Shown here: piece by piece, positions 56,282 to 63,467 of the stretch
Layout of the letters: every line of letters begins with the position of its first letter
Numbering within the stretch: the first letter of the stretch is position 1
From: a virus
Virus record (IMG/VR): IMGVR_UViG_3300045988_172839
Location: 174,526 to 238,525 of that record
Length of the DNA stretch: 64,000 bases
Direction: 5' to 3' (one strand)
Notes under the pieces: generated by a model
The model's input: only the letters and a program-made list of their open reading frames with translations
Database searches by the model: none
Told to the model about the DNA's origin: nothing
Made by a program: the position numbers and the translations under genes

Positions 56282-57168
56282 TCACTAAGTTTGTGGTCAA
56301 GCACTTAGAAAACTTGTCAAAGGACTCCAACCCTTCGAAGAAAGCACCCACGGTTAACCAATCTCATTAGGTTCCGAGTATCTTGGAATTATGTGCTTTT
56401 TATTTTAGGATTCCCACCTATAGACCTTCTACCAAAGCCTATCCCCGTCGAGTATTGAGCATACCCAGTCAACTTTGTTACTGCTTGGTTTTCACTAGTA
56501 GTTGACCTAGAGTTTCTTTTTTGGGTTCTAAAGAAACTTAAACCTCAAGTTTGTGTAGCTGAGAGGTTCGTGCGCACGTCCTCTCACTTACCCCAATCAC
56601 TAAGCGCGACTGAACTACATCATTTAAAAGAGAAAATAACTTTTCTCAAATGCTCGATACCGAAGTGTTAGAGCAAACACCTCAGCAATTTATTTTCTTG
56701 GATTTTTACTTAAGGGGTCAAGGGGTGGAAAAGACAAACCGTTGCCAAAACTGCGCCTTGCGTCCACCTAGTTTTAATGTACACTCAACTAGGATTTACC
56801 GCCTGAGTTTATCGACTTCATCGGATTATTGGTCACGTATAAAAGGTATTTACTTATAGCTTCAATTTTGTAAATGTGTTCTCCCCTAAAAGTTATTTTG
56901 ACAAAGCAGGGAACAAGCAGTTAGAAGTTCTTAACACGTTTTCCATAAATGACTATGTTAGACAGGGAGCCATGTTATATCAGATTTACAAACAAAATAC
57001 AAGTAAATTCGGGTTTAAACCCTCACCCGCGGTGTACACCGAAAACCCTAATCAGAAGCTCGTCTAAGATACCGTGAGGTAGCACCTTAAAATCAACGCT
57101 CGTTTAACGTCCAAAAGACGAAACAGTTTAGGTGTCTTATTTAGGACAATAATTACTAAGTAACAAAT
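56282..57168 (-). ncRNA. about 0.9-kb gene-free, comparatively GC-rich structured segment between the methyltransferase gene and tRNA-Thr (large ncRNA candidate)
   Basis: only plus-strand shadow ORFs; stems such as CCTAGTT/AACTAGG, GGTGGA/TCCACC and CGC-AAG-GCG; starts with the 30-nt box shared with the tnpB 3' flank. Confidence 0.4.
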
Positions 57169-57972
57169 TTAGTTCTTCTGAAAAACACAAACCATTTTCG
57201 TATCAAAAGGAACTAAGTCTAGCTCAAAGTAATTCTGTAAATAAGCTAAATAACTCTGATCCTTATATCTATGAATACCTTGCAACTGCAAACAATCTTT
57301 CCAAGGATACGCAATCCACTTTATGAAGGCATTTGTAACATTATATTGCTCTTTTGACTCTCGACTCAAAGACTTCAAACCCCAAACTGTATGAAAAATA
57401 ATCTCATAAGCATTTTTAACAGTAGTTACAATAGAACCGTCTTCTTTTGTCTCAACAGTATCAATAATCGAGTTTTTCTGAAGTTCTTTAATCCAAGTAT
57501 GTATTTCTATCTCACTTTGTTTTGAAACAGGTCGGAGCGTAAATGTCTCAGATACCAAATCTGGGTTAGCCCAATCTCGAATAACTAGAGAACCACCTGT
57601 TTTTAAACTATTTACAATCATGGATATGGTTTCTGTACGTTCTTGACGAGTTAAATAACTCATAATTTCGTGGAAAACACTAGAGAGATAAATTATATCA
57701 AATTGAAGTTCCCCTTTAAGTAACTCTTGTTTAGTTACCACATTTACACCCATACGAGATAAAGTAGTTTGCACAGTCGGAGAAATATCATAAGAATAGT
57801 AATTAGTACCTGTAGAAACTACATTAGCTATAAACTCATAAGAAATACCAGAACCAAAATCCAAAAGTGTAACCCCCTCTCCAAGAAATGGCTCAACTAC
57901 CTTAAATTTAGACTCAGCAGTTTGGTTCATTCTTTGAATATAGCTATTATTATCACTTAAATAGTTATCCAT
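57169..57972 (-). CDS. class I SAM-dependent methyltransferase
   Basis: VTLLDFGSGISYEF (motif I), FDIIYLSSVFHEI, LKTGGSLVIRDW. Confidence 0.65.
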   Translation of the reverse strand: MDNYLSDNNSYIQRMNQTAESKFKVVEPFLGEGVTLLDFGSGISYEFIANVVSTGTNYYSYDISPTVQTTLSRMGVNVVTKQELLKGELQFDIIYLSSVFHEIMSYLTRQERTETISMIVNSLKTGGSLVIRDWANPDLVSETFTLRPVSKQSEIEIHTWIKELQKNSIIDTVETKEDGSIVTTVKNAYEIIFHTVWGLKSLSRESKEQYNVTNAFIKWIAYPWKDCLQLQGIHRYKDQSYLAYLQNYFELDLVPFDTKMVCVFQKN

Positions 57973-58216
57973 TAAATACTCTCTCAGTTTTTCTACATGT
58001 TTAGAAAAATATCAATTATTAGACTTCCATTTTTGAAGAAATCTGATAACTTGTTCTACTTCTGACTTAGATAAATCGTAAGTACCACAGTCATACGAGC
58101 CTTTAGTTTGACAAGTAATAGATACCCCATCATTATATCCTTGTATGGTTTAATCTCCATCAGCATTCTCAAAATCTAATTGACTCATAATTACACATTT
58201 CCTTTTCTCATAGTTA

Positions 58217-58287
58217 TGTACCTTGTAGGAATCGAATCTACGATCCTCAGCTTATGAGACTGAAGATCTACCAACTGCTACCATTCC
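58217..58287 (-). pseudogene. tRNA-like element with CAT anticodon loop but no matching acceptor strands
   Basis: good anticodon arm TCAGT-CTCATAA-GCTGA and T-loop TTCGATT, but 5' GGAATGG cannot pair with 3' AAGGTAC and the D-stem is defective. Confidence 0.35.
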
Positions 58288-58303
58288 ACTTTAATTTAAC
58301 AAA

Positions 58304-58374
58304 CACAGGCAGTAGGAATTGAACCCACACTGACGATTTTGGAGACCGTAGTTCTACCTTTAAACTATGCCTGT
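58304..58374 (-). tRNA. tRNA-Trp (anticodon CCA)
   Basis: acceptor ACAGGCA/TGCCTGT, anticodon arm ACGGT-CTCCAAA-ATCGT, T-arm GTGGG-TTCAATT-CCTAC. Confidence 0.9.
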
Positions 58375-58378
58375 ATAA

Positions 58379-58459
58379 TGGAAAGAGAGGGATTCGAACC
58401 CCCGAACCCGAAGGAGCGGATTTACAGTCCGCCGCGTTTAGCCTCTTCGCTATCTTTCC
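58379..58459 (-). tRNA. tRNA-Tyr (anticodon GTA), long variable arm
   Basis: acceptor GGAAAGA/TCTTTCC, anticodon arm GCGGA-CTGTAAA-TCCGC, T-arm GGGGG-TTCGAAT-CCCTC. Confidence 0.9.
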
Positions 58460-58470
58460 GAATATTAAAA

Positions 58471-58833
58471 CTAAGTTTGACCATACAATAGACTATTACT
58501 AAACTCAAGCACAACCTTGAAAACTGTATCTATGTTTAGAGTGAAAAGTAAGATAAGTAGTCCAAATAAGATCTTTGAGACTAGTGAAGGTAGAATATCT
58601 TCAATCGAAAGACCTAATAATTCTAGTTTAATCTCAATTAGATATTTGAAAATTATCATCCCACCAAATGCAATGGCAACCGCACCATCAGTATTAGGTT
58701 GAGGAAAACCAAAGTAAATATGTAATTTATACAAAATCACCCAAGCTAGTAAACCTAAAGCAGAAGAAAGGATACCACCTGCAAGGTAAAGTAACGCTTC
58801 GTTTCGTAAATCTTTAAACCAACTACCTTCCAT
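58471..58833 (-). CDS. small membrane protein
   Basis: 120 aa with 3 hydrophobic helices; its RBS (AAGAGG) lies inside the anticodon-loop remnant of the upstream tRNA 5' half. Confidence 0.5.
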   Translation of the reverse strand: MEGSWFKDLRNEALLYLAGGILSSALGLLAWVILYKLHIYFGFPQPNTDGAVAIAFGGMIIFKYLIEIKLELLGLSIEDILPSLVSKILFGLLILLFTLNIDTVFKVVLEFSNSLLYGQT

Positions 58834-58880
58834 ATTCCAACCTCTTCAAACCAATGCTCTACCAACTGAGCTACCTTTCC
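58834..58880 (-). pseudogene. tRNA 5' half (Phe-GAA-like) with no 3' half
   Basis: GGAAAGG-TA-GCTC-AGTTGGTA-GAGC-A-TTGGT-TTGAAGA, then runs straight into the ATG of 58471..58833. Confidence 0.5.
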
Positions 58881-58930
58881 TAAAATGTGGAGACTCCTTA
58901 GAGGAGAGTTCGCACATATAAACCAACAAA

Positions 58931-59003
58931 CGGTCTCGAAGGGAATTGAACCCTCGATCTCTGCCGTGACAAGGCAGCGCGATAACCACTACGCTACGAG
59001 ACC
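58931..59003 (-). tRNA. tRNA-Asp (anticodon GTC)
   Basis: acceptor GGTCTCG/CGAGACC, anticodon arm CTGCC-TTGTCAC-GGCAG, T-loop TTCAATT. Confidence 0.9.
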
Positions 59004-59007
59004 TAAT

Positions 59008-59089
59008 GTGATAGGAAGGTCTTGAACTGACTTCCCTAGAAGTAACGGCACCTCTCCTTACTGCATCAACCTACAAATGCTTCTATCAC
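59008..59089 (-). other. atypical 82-nt tRNA-like cloverleaf with extended, bulged arms
   Basis: terminal stem GTGATAG/CTATCAC, D-like GCAT/ATGC, two roughly 7-bp bulged arms with 7-nt loops AGAGGTG and AGTTCAA. Confidence 0.3.
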
Positions 59090-59100
59090 TTAACAAAAAA

Positions 59101-59385
59101 TTAAAAGCCACCAAGAACTAAACATTCTTCCAAAGGTCTAAGAACGAGGTTTTGAAATTTAAGAAAATCCGGATACCCTAAACTATCTCTATAATGTAGC
59201 AACTGTCTTGAGAAGTAAAACTCTGTACCGTTGTAGTAAACATTACCAAGATATTCTCCAGTATGTCGATTACGCACCATAACTGCTTTAGTACCTACTA
59301 CAAAATATAGGTCTTTAACTCTAGTTCTATGTTGGATAATCAAGCGTCTAAGACTTACTGGTAATAGTTTTCTGACTCGTTTCAT
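59101..59385 (-). CDS. hypothetical protein
   Basis: 94-aa basic ORF; AAAGGAGAAG RBS. Confidence 0.5.
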   Translation of the reverse strand: MKRVRKLLPVSLRRLIIQHRTRVKDLYFVVGTKAVMVRNRHTGEYLGNVYYNGTEFYFSRQLLHYRDSLGYPDFLKFQNLVLRPLEECLVLGGF

Positions 59386-59900
59386 TCTACTTCTCCTTTC
59401 TTTTTGATAAATAATATGACTTCGGAGGGAGTCCCACCCACGACACCTGCGCTTGGTGTATTGTAAACATCAAAGCCACGTGTGTTTTTAATTCTGATAA
59501 CTAACTAGACCTTTGTCCAAGGCTTGCAACACACAAAACACCGTAAATCCACTAATGCATCTATACCCCTACACAAGAGGTAAGACCATTAGCGCAACTT
59601 CCAACTCGTGCACAAGTTGGAGGGCTGGCTGTCGCCCTTGTCGTTGCCGACAATACACCATACAGGATTCGAACCCGTGTTACTGCCGTGAAAAGGCAGT
59701 GTCTTAACCCCTTGACCAATGGTGCTTAAGGAGGGCAGGTCTCTGTTTTCCAACAGACGGATTTGGATGCACTGATCGACTGTGTACTTTTATTTGGGCA
59801 GCCCACGTTTCCCTTGTAGACAAATATGTGCAGATGTTTGGTAGTCGTTACCAAACGCTCAGTCAAATCTATCTACTGCAAAAATTAACTTCACGAATTT
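59386..59900 (-). ncRNA. promoter-driven roughly 0.5-kb non-coding unit with tRNA-Glu embedded between structured flanks
   Basis: promoter at 59901-59929; flanks contain GNRA-capped helices (TCTGTT-GGAA-AACAGA, GTCG-GCAA-CGAC) and CCAACT/AGTTGG. Confidence 0.4.
59654..59725 (-). tRNA. tRNA-Glu (anticodon TTC)
   Basis: acceptor GCACCAT/ATGGTGT (one G.U), anticodon arm CTGCC-TTTTCAC-GGCAG, T-arm ACGGG-TTCGAAT-CCTGT. Confidence 0.85.
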
Positions 59901-59929
59901 ATTATAACACAAAGAGTCAAGTTTGTCAA
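59901..59929 (-). promoter_or_regulatory. sigma-A-type promoter (TTGACA-N17-TATAAT, TGn)
   Basis: hexamers at 59924-59929 and 59901-59906. Confidence 0.65.
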
Positions 59930-59985
59930 TAAGTTTTAATTAAAAGTTCACTATTTACTAAATTAGTTAGAAACTTACCGAAAGC

Positions 59986-60348
59986 TTAGAGTGCTGTGTG
60001 ATACTCTTTTAATAGCCTAAGTTCCCTTTCATATTCACGTTGAAGTTTTAAACGCTCCGATTTAGTTTCTTCGGTCATAGGGATTTCAAAAAGCATAGAA
60101 GCATAATTGTGAGTAAACAACTCATAGGTATCATTGAAGTCTACAACAACAAACCAAAGAAACTTAACCTCAGTAAGAGTTGTTTTAGTGTTTAAAGTTA
60201 GTTGAATCCCACAGTTTAGAATCTCATTTAAAGGGTTTGAAGCAAGTTGCTCAAAAGTGAATCCCATATGTTCATTTTCATTGCTCTGAATAGTCTTATA
60301 ATCCCCAAACAAAGGACTGAGAGAAGAAGTATCTAACAAAGAAATCAC
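59986..60348 (-). CDS. hypothetical protein
   Basis: 120-aa ORF; start uncertain. Confidence 0.45.
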   Translation of the reverse strand: MISLLDTSSLSPLFGDYKTIQSNENEHMGFTFEQLASNPLNEILNCGIQLTLNTKTTLTEVKFLWFVVVDFNDTYELFTHNYASMLFEIPMTEETKSERLKLQREYERELRLLKEYHTAL

Positions 60349-60577
60349 ATCCTACTTAGACAAATACCCATATTTCTCAAAAATCTTTAATAACCTAGTG
60401 TAGCTCTTAGGGAGTGAAAAGTAGCGAACTGTATCACTATATAAAAAAGTAGAACCCTCACTCAACCTAAGTAACTTCATAACAAAACTCCTTAAAAATC
60501 TTTATTTAATATAGTATACCATATAAGTCTAAGAATTACAAACATAAAAAAAAGTAAGTAAATCAACTAAGGCTTAC

Positions 60578-60823
60578 TTACAATACTTCACTTGAAGGTT
60601 CATATTCTTTTAAAAGTTCATCTAAATCATAGTTTGGAATATCTAACTGATCAGACTTATTTCTTAAAATAATCTTCCCATCTTCAAAAATAAACTCTAC
60701 CTCATTACCTTCAGACAAATTTAAGTTTTCTAAAACTGTAGTTGGTAGAAGGATACCCTTACTGTTTCCCCATTTAGTAACCTTTTTAGTTCCTAAACTG
60801 CATCGATAATGTTCTTTAACCAT
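60578..60823 (-). CDS. AbrB/MazE/SpoVT-family DNA-binding (antitoxin-like) protein
   Basis: VTKWGNSKGILLPTTVLENLNLSEGNEVEF is the swapped-hairpin barrel signature. Confidence 0.65.
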   Translation of the reverse strand: MVKEHYRCSLGTKKVTKWGNSKGILLPTTVLENLNLSEGNEVEFIFEDGKIILRNKSDQLDIPNYDLDELLKEYEPSSEVL

Positions 60824-60837
60824 CTAAGAATCACCCC

Positions 60838-61188
60838 CTAATCATCAATTAAATCTAAGTATAAAGAGCTGAGAAGATTTTCCAAACTATCAACTGCTGC
60901 TTTATTGCAATCAACACGTAAATACTCATCATCTGGGAAAATATCTAACCAATCTAAACTTGTAGGGTAAAAACCTGTCTCTTCATAAATCTGTGCAGAA
61001 ACTTCATCTAAAGTTTCCGCTAGTTTGTCTACATCAGTAGGTTTAAAATCACCTAAACCACAAATTGCACCGTCATCTTCCCAATAATAAGGATTGATAC
61101 AAATATGGACACTACAAGGATATTCATTTAAAGCTTCTTTTGCTAAAGTTTTAGTTATAAAAGACATTTCAATTTCCTTATCTTTCAT
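60838..61188 (-). CDS. acidic hypothetical protein
   Basis: 116 aa, strongly Asp/Glu-rich. Confidence 0.5.
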   Translation of the reverse strand: MKDKEIEMSFITKTLAKEALNEYPCSVHICINPYYWEDDGAICGLGDFKPTDVDKLAETLDEVSAQIYEETGFYPTSLDWLDIFPDDEYLRVDCNKAAVDSLENLLSSLYLDLIDD

Positions 61189-61195
61189 TAGTTTA

Positions 61196-61562
61196 TGGAG
61201 CCGGTGGGAGTCGAACCCACGTCCAAACGACCTTTCCAGCTAACCTTACTGCGCACTGCTACGTTTTAACATTCTACTTTTAGGAAACGCACAAAGCTAA
61301 AAGTTATATCTCTCTTTAACAAACTAAGTTGAGAAATCTTAGTTGCGAGTACCGATGTTTATAGCAACTAAAAGATACCGGTACTTATCTTAGTCGCTCG
61401 TCTATTCGACTTTTTACTTGTGTTGAGTGACAACTAAGCCGAAGCTTAGGCAACCATTTCAACTGGTGCATTGTTATTTGCAGTTATGTTTAGGTTGGTG
61501 ATTACGTCACCACTCGGTACGAGGTTAAAAGGTACAATCGCCTGTCGAATCCAAGCGACCCC
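61196..61562 (-). ncRNA. ssrA: tmRNA (ssrA)
   Basis: 5' GGGGTCGCTTGGATTCGACAGG and 3' GTGGGTTCGACTCCCACCGGCTCCA form a tRNA-Ala-like acceptor with a G3.U pair and a T-arm; internal ORF ..GCA AAT AAC AAT GCA CCA GTT GAA ATG GTT GCC TAA followed by a UUCG-capped helix; about 367 nt. Confidence 0.85.
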
Positions 61563-61578
61563 TCATTAAGATAAATCT

Positions 61579-61607
61579 ATTATATCAGAAAGATGGTTAA
61601 ATGTCAA
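61579..61607 (-). promoter_or_regulatory. sigma-A-type promoter (TTGACA-N17-TATAAT, TGn) for the tmRNA
   Basis: hexamers at 61602-61607 and 61579-61584, about 17 nt upstream of the mature 5' end. Confidence 0.7.
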
Positions 61608-61874
61608 GGGTTATTTGTGCTATTCTCAGCTTTTGTAGGTGTTTTTGCGAATAAAAGTAAACCAAACAAACCTGCGAACCACAGGAACATCAAGGATACT
61701 CCTCTCAATTATAACTTACTATTGAGTTCATATTGGTTAAATAGAGTTGAAACATGAGAAACTACATCAATCGGAAAACTATACTCAATAGTAATAAACA
61801 AGGTAAATGCGAAGAGGAAACATAAAACTATGTAAACATTCAAAAACTTAATTTTCATTCAAGACCTCTATTTA

Positions 61875-62162
61875 TTAAGCTATCGTCCGTTGAGACAAGA
61901 ACGAAAGAAGTTCTTCTGGGGTTTGGCATCTCATCAACCGTTTAAATTCTAAACTATCTGCAATTATAGACTCAAACTCCATGTTTTGAGTTGGATCATA
62001 ATAACCTATAGTCAAACAATTACCCTCATCTACTCTTATCTGAGCAGACACTCCCCACTCACTATCGAAATCTTCTAAAACTACTTCTAAGTGTCTTTGT
62101 AACTCACTTAAACTAGACTCTAATTCGTTATGTAGTTTCATCATTTTGTTGTAGGTTAGCAT
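61875..62162 (-). CDS. hypothetical protein
   Basis: ATG at 62162 preceded by GAGGGAAGGG; the track ORF extends to 62207. Confidence 0.45.
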   Translation of the reverse strand: MLTYNKMMKLHNELESSLSELQRHLEVVLEDFDSEWGVSAQIRVDEGNCLTIGYYDPTQNMEFESIIADSLEFKRLMRCQTPEELLSFLSQRTIA

Positions 62163-62341
62163 TTTGTGGATACCCTTCCCTCTTAGATATAAAAAGTTTA
62201 CCAGCAAGAAGTTATACCAGTAAACGGGAACATTATGTGATTTATATAGCGGTTCATAACCTTGAGGAGCTTAACTCTAGAAAATAAACACCTCAACAGC
62301 ATTCTTGACTTCTGTTCAATCGCACCGCTACGAAAATCTTA

Positions 62342-62429
62342 CGGAGAATAAGGGATTCGAACCCTTGCGCCAGTTACCCGACCTAACGATTTAGCAAACC
62401 GTCCTCTTCAACCTCTTGAGTAATTCTCC
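62342..62429 (-). tRNA. tRNA-Ser (anticodon GCT)
   Basis: acceptor GGAGAAT/ATTCTCC, anticodon arm ACGGT-TTGCTAA-ATCGT, long variable arm, T-arm AAGGG-TTCGAAT-CCCTT. Confidence 0.9.
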
Positions 62430-62925
62430 AAACTAAAGGGAACCTCTTTGAAAAGAGGATACCCTTACGGTTTGTTTTCCGAAGTAAACCTTACTTCTAC
62501 ACTTCACGTCGCGAACTAGAGTGTAACGAGAGTTCTTTAGAACCCTAACGGTTGTACGTTAGGGGATTTTGTCAGTCTCTAAATGACGATGTTTAGGAAC
62601 CAATATAGGTTCTATAAGTTGCTAACCTTTTACAGTTAACAACCTTCCCGAAAGGAGGATTTAATGAAAGCTAACCTCTCTCCCATTCTCATGAGGAGAG
62701 GAATGATGTAAAAACCTTTAACAGTTCTTACACCAAATAAATTAGAAAAAGAAGGTCTAACTAAACGCTAGAACCAGCCTAGCGAGGAACCAATCAAAAC
62801 CAACTAGACTAGGAGGTAGCGACCTTTGAAAGCCGATACCCCAGTAAACAAAATGCTCTATAACTCTGCTGCACATTTTAAAACATTAGGAGTTATTTTC
62901 TTGAATTGAAATTACTTCAATTCAA
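62430..62925 (-). ncRNA. structured 0.5-kb spacer between the two tRNA-Ser genes (two decaloop hairpins)
   Basis: no ORF; hairpins at 62618-62643 and 62708-62731, plus a 10-bp stem at 62900-62924. Confidence 0.35.
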
Positions 62926-63016
62926 CGGAAGATGTGGGATTCGAACCCACGCGCCGTTTTACCGACCTGACGGTTTTCAAGACCGTTCCCTTATAGCCAG
63001 ACTTGGGTAATCTTCC
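62926..63016 (-). tRNA. tRNA-Ser (anticodon TGA)
   Basis: acceptor GGAAGAT/ATCTTCC, anticodon arm ACGGT-CTTGAAA-ACCGT, long variable arm, T-arm GTGGG-TTCGAAT-CCCAC. Confidence 0.9.
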
Positions 63017-63467
63017 ATGAGGGAAGGTTTCAACCCGTGAAGATTGAAACCCCACCCTAAATTCTAAGAGGATTCATGGAAAATGTGAAAACCATGAATT
63101 TTCCCACACAACAAAGTGTGGTATAACGCAAAGACCTTTGAAAATCATTGCGCTTGAATAAAATTAAGAGGTATTTTGAAAGCAAGTCCTGATCACGAAA
63201 CTCACTTATCAACCAAATTCACTTTAGTAGTAGTTTAGGACATGACTTCACAAAATCCTTGAAAGACATTGTTACTGACTCTAAAATTTGCAACTACTAA
63301 AGCTACGACTCAGCAACCTTCTTCAGATTGCCAAGCCTAAAGGATACAAATCTCACCTACCGAGAAAATACTTACAAATAAACTCAGTAGGCTACGACTC
63401 AACAACCTTATTCAAATTGTTGAGCCTAAAAGGTAACACATACAAAAAATATACATTACATTTGGCA
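63017..63467 (-). ncRNA. structured 0.45-kb spacer with a duplicated roughly 50-nt hairpin module
   Basis: gctacgactca(g/a)caacctt..ttca(g/a)attg.. repeated at 63302-63350 and 63391-63440, with compensatory stem changes. Confidence 0.35.

Noticed and set aside
56548-56615. tRNA-like appearance around gtagctgagaggttcgtgcgcacgtcctctc...gaactac
   Set aside because: The central hairpin has a 13-nt loop with no T-loop consensus, and the terminal pairing is only 4 bp. I treat it as part of the larger structured segment.
57973-58216. Small ORF upstream of the methyltransferase gene with an in-frame TAA (MSQLDFENADGD-stop-TIQGYNDGVSITCQTKGSYDCGTYDLSKSEVEQVIRFLQKWKSNN), raising the idea of stop-codon read-through or a suppressor tRNA
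   Set aside because: None of the tRNAs I folded has a TTA, CTA or TCA anticodon. TAA is used as a normal stop throughout the window. A short pseudogene or two mini-ORFs is the simpler explanation.
59400-59650. RNase P RNA, 6S RNA or SRP RNA in the trailer of tRNA-Glu
   Set aside because: I could not find the conserved RNase P CR-I/CR-V motifs (GAGGAAAGTCC, ACAGAA.CGGCTTA), the SRP domain IV motif or the 6S central bubble architecture. I left it as an unclassified structured RNA.
60354-60480. Roughly 42-codon minus-strand ORF (MKLLRLSEGSTFLYSDTVRYFSLPKSYTRLLKIFEKYGYLSK) downstream of the MazE-like gene as its toxin partner
   Set aside because: It is too short and lacks any recognisable toxin motif, and it is separated from the antitoxin-like gene by about 100 nt containing a -10-like element. 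I noted it but did not call it.
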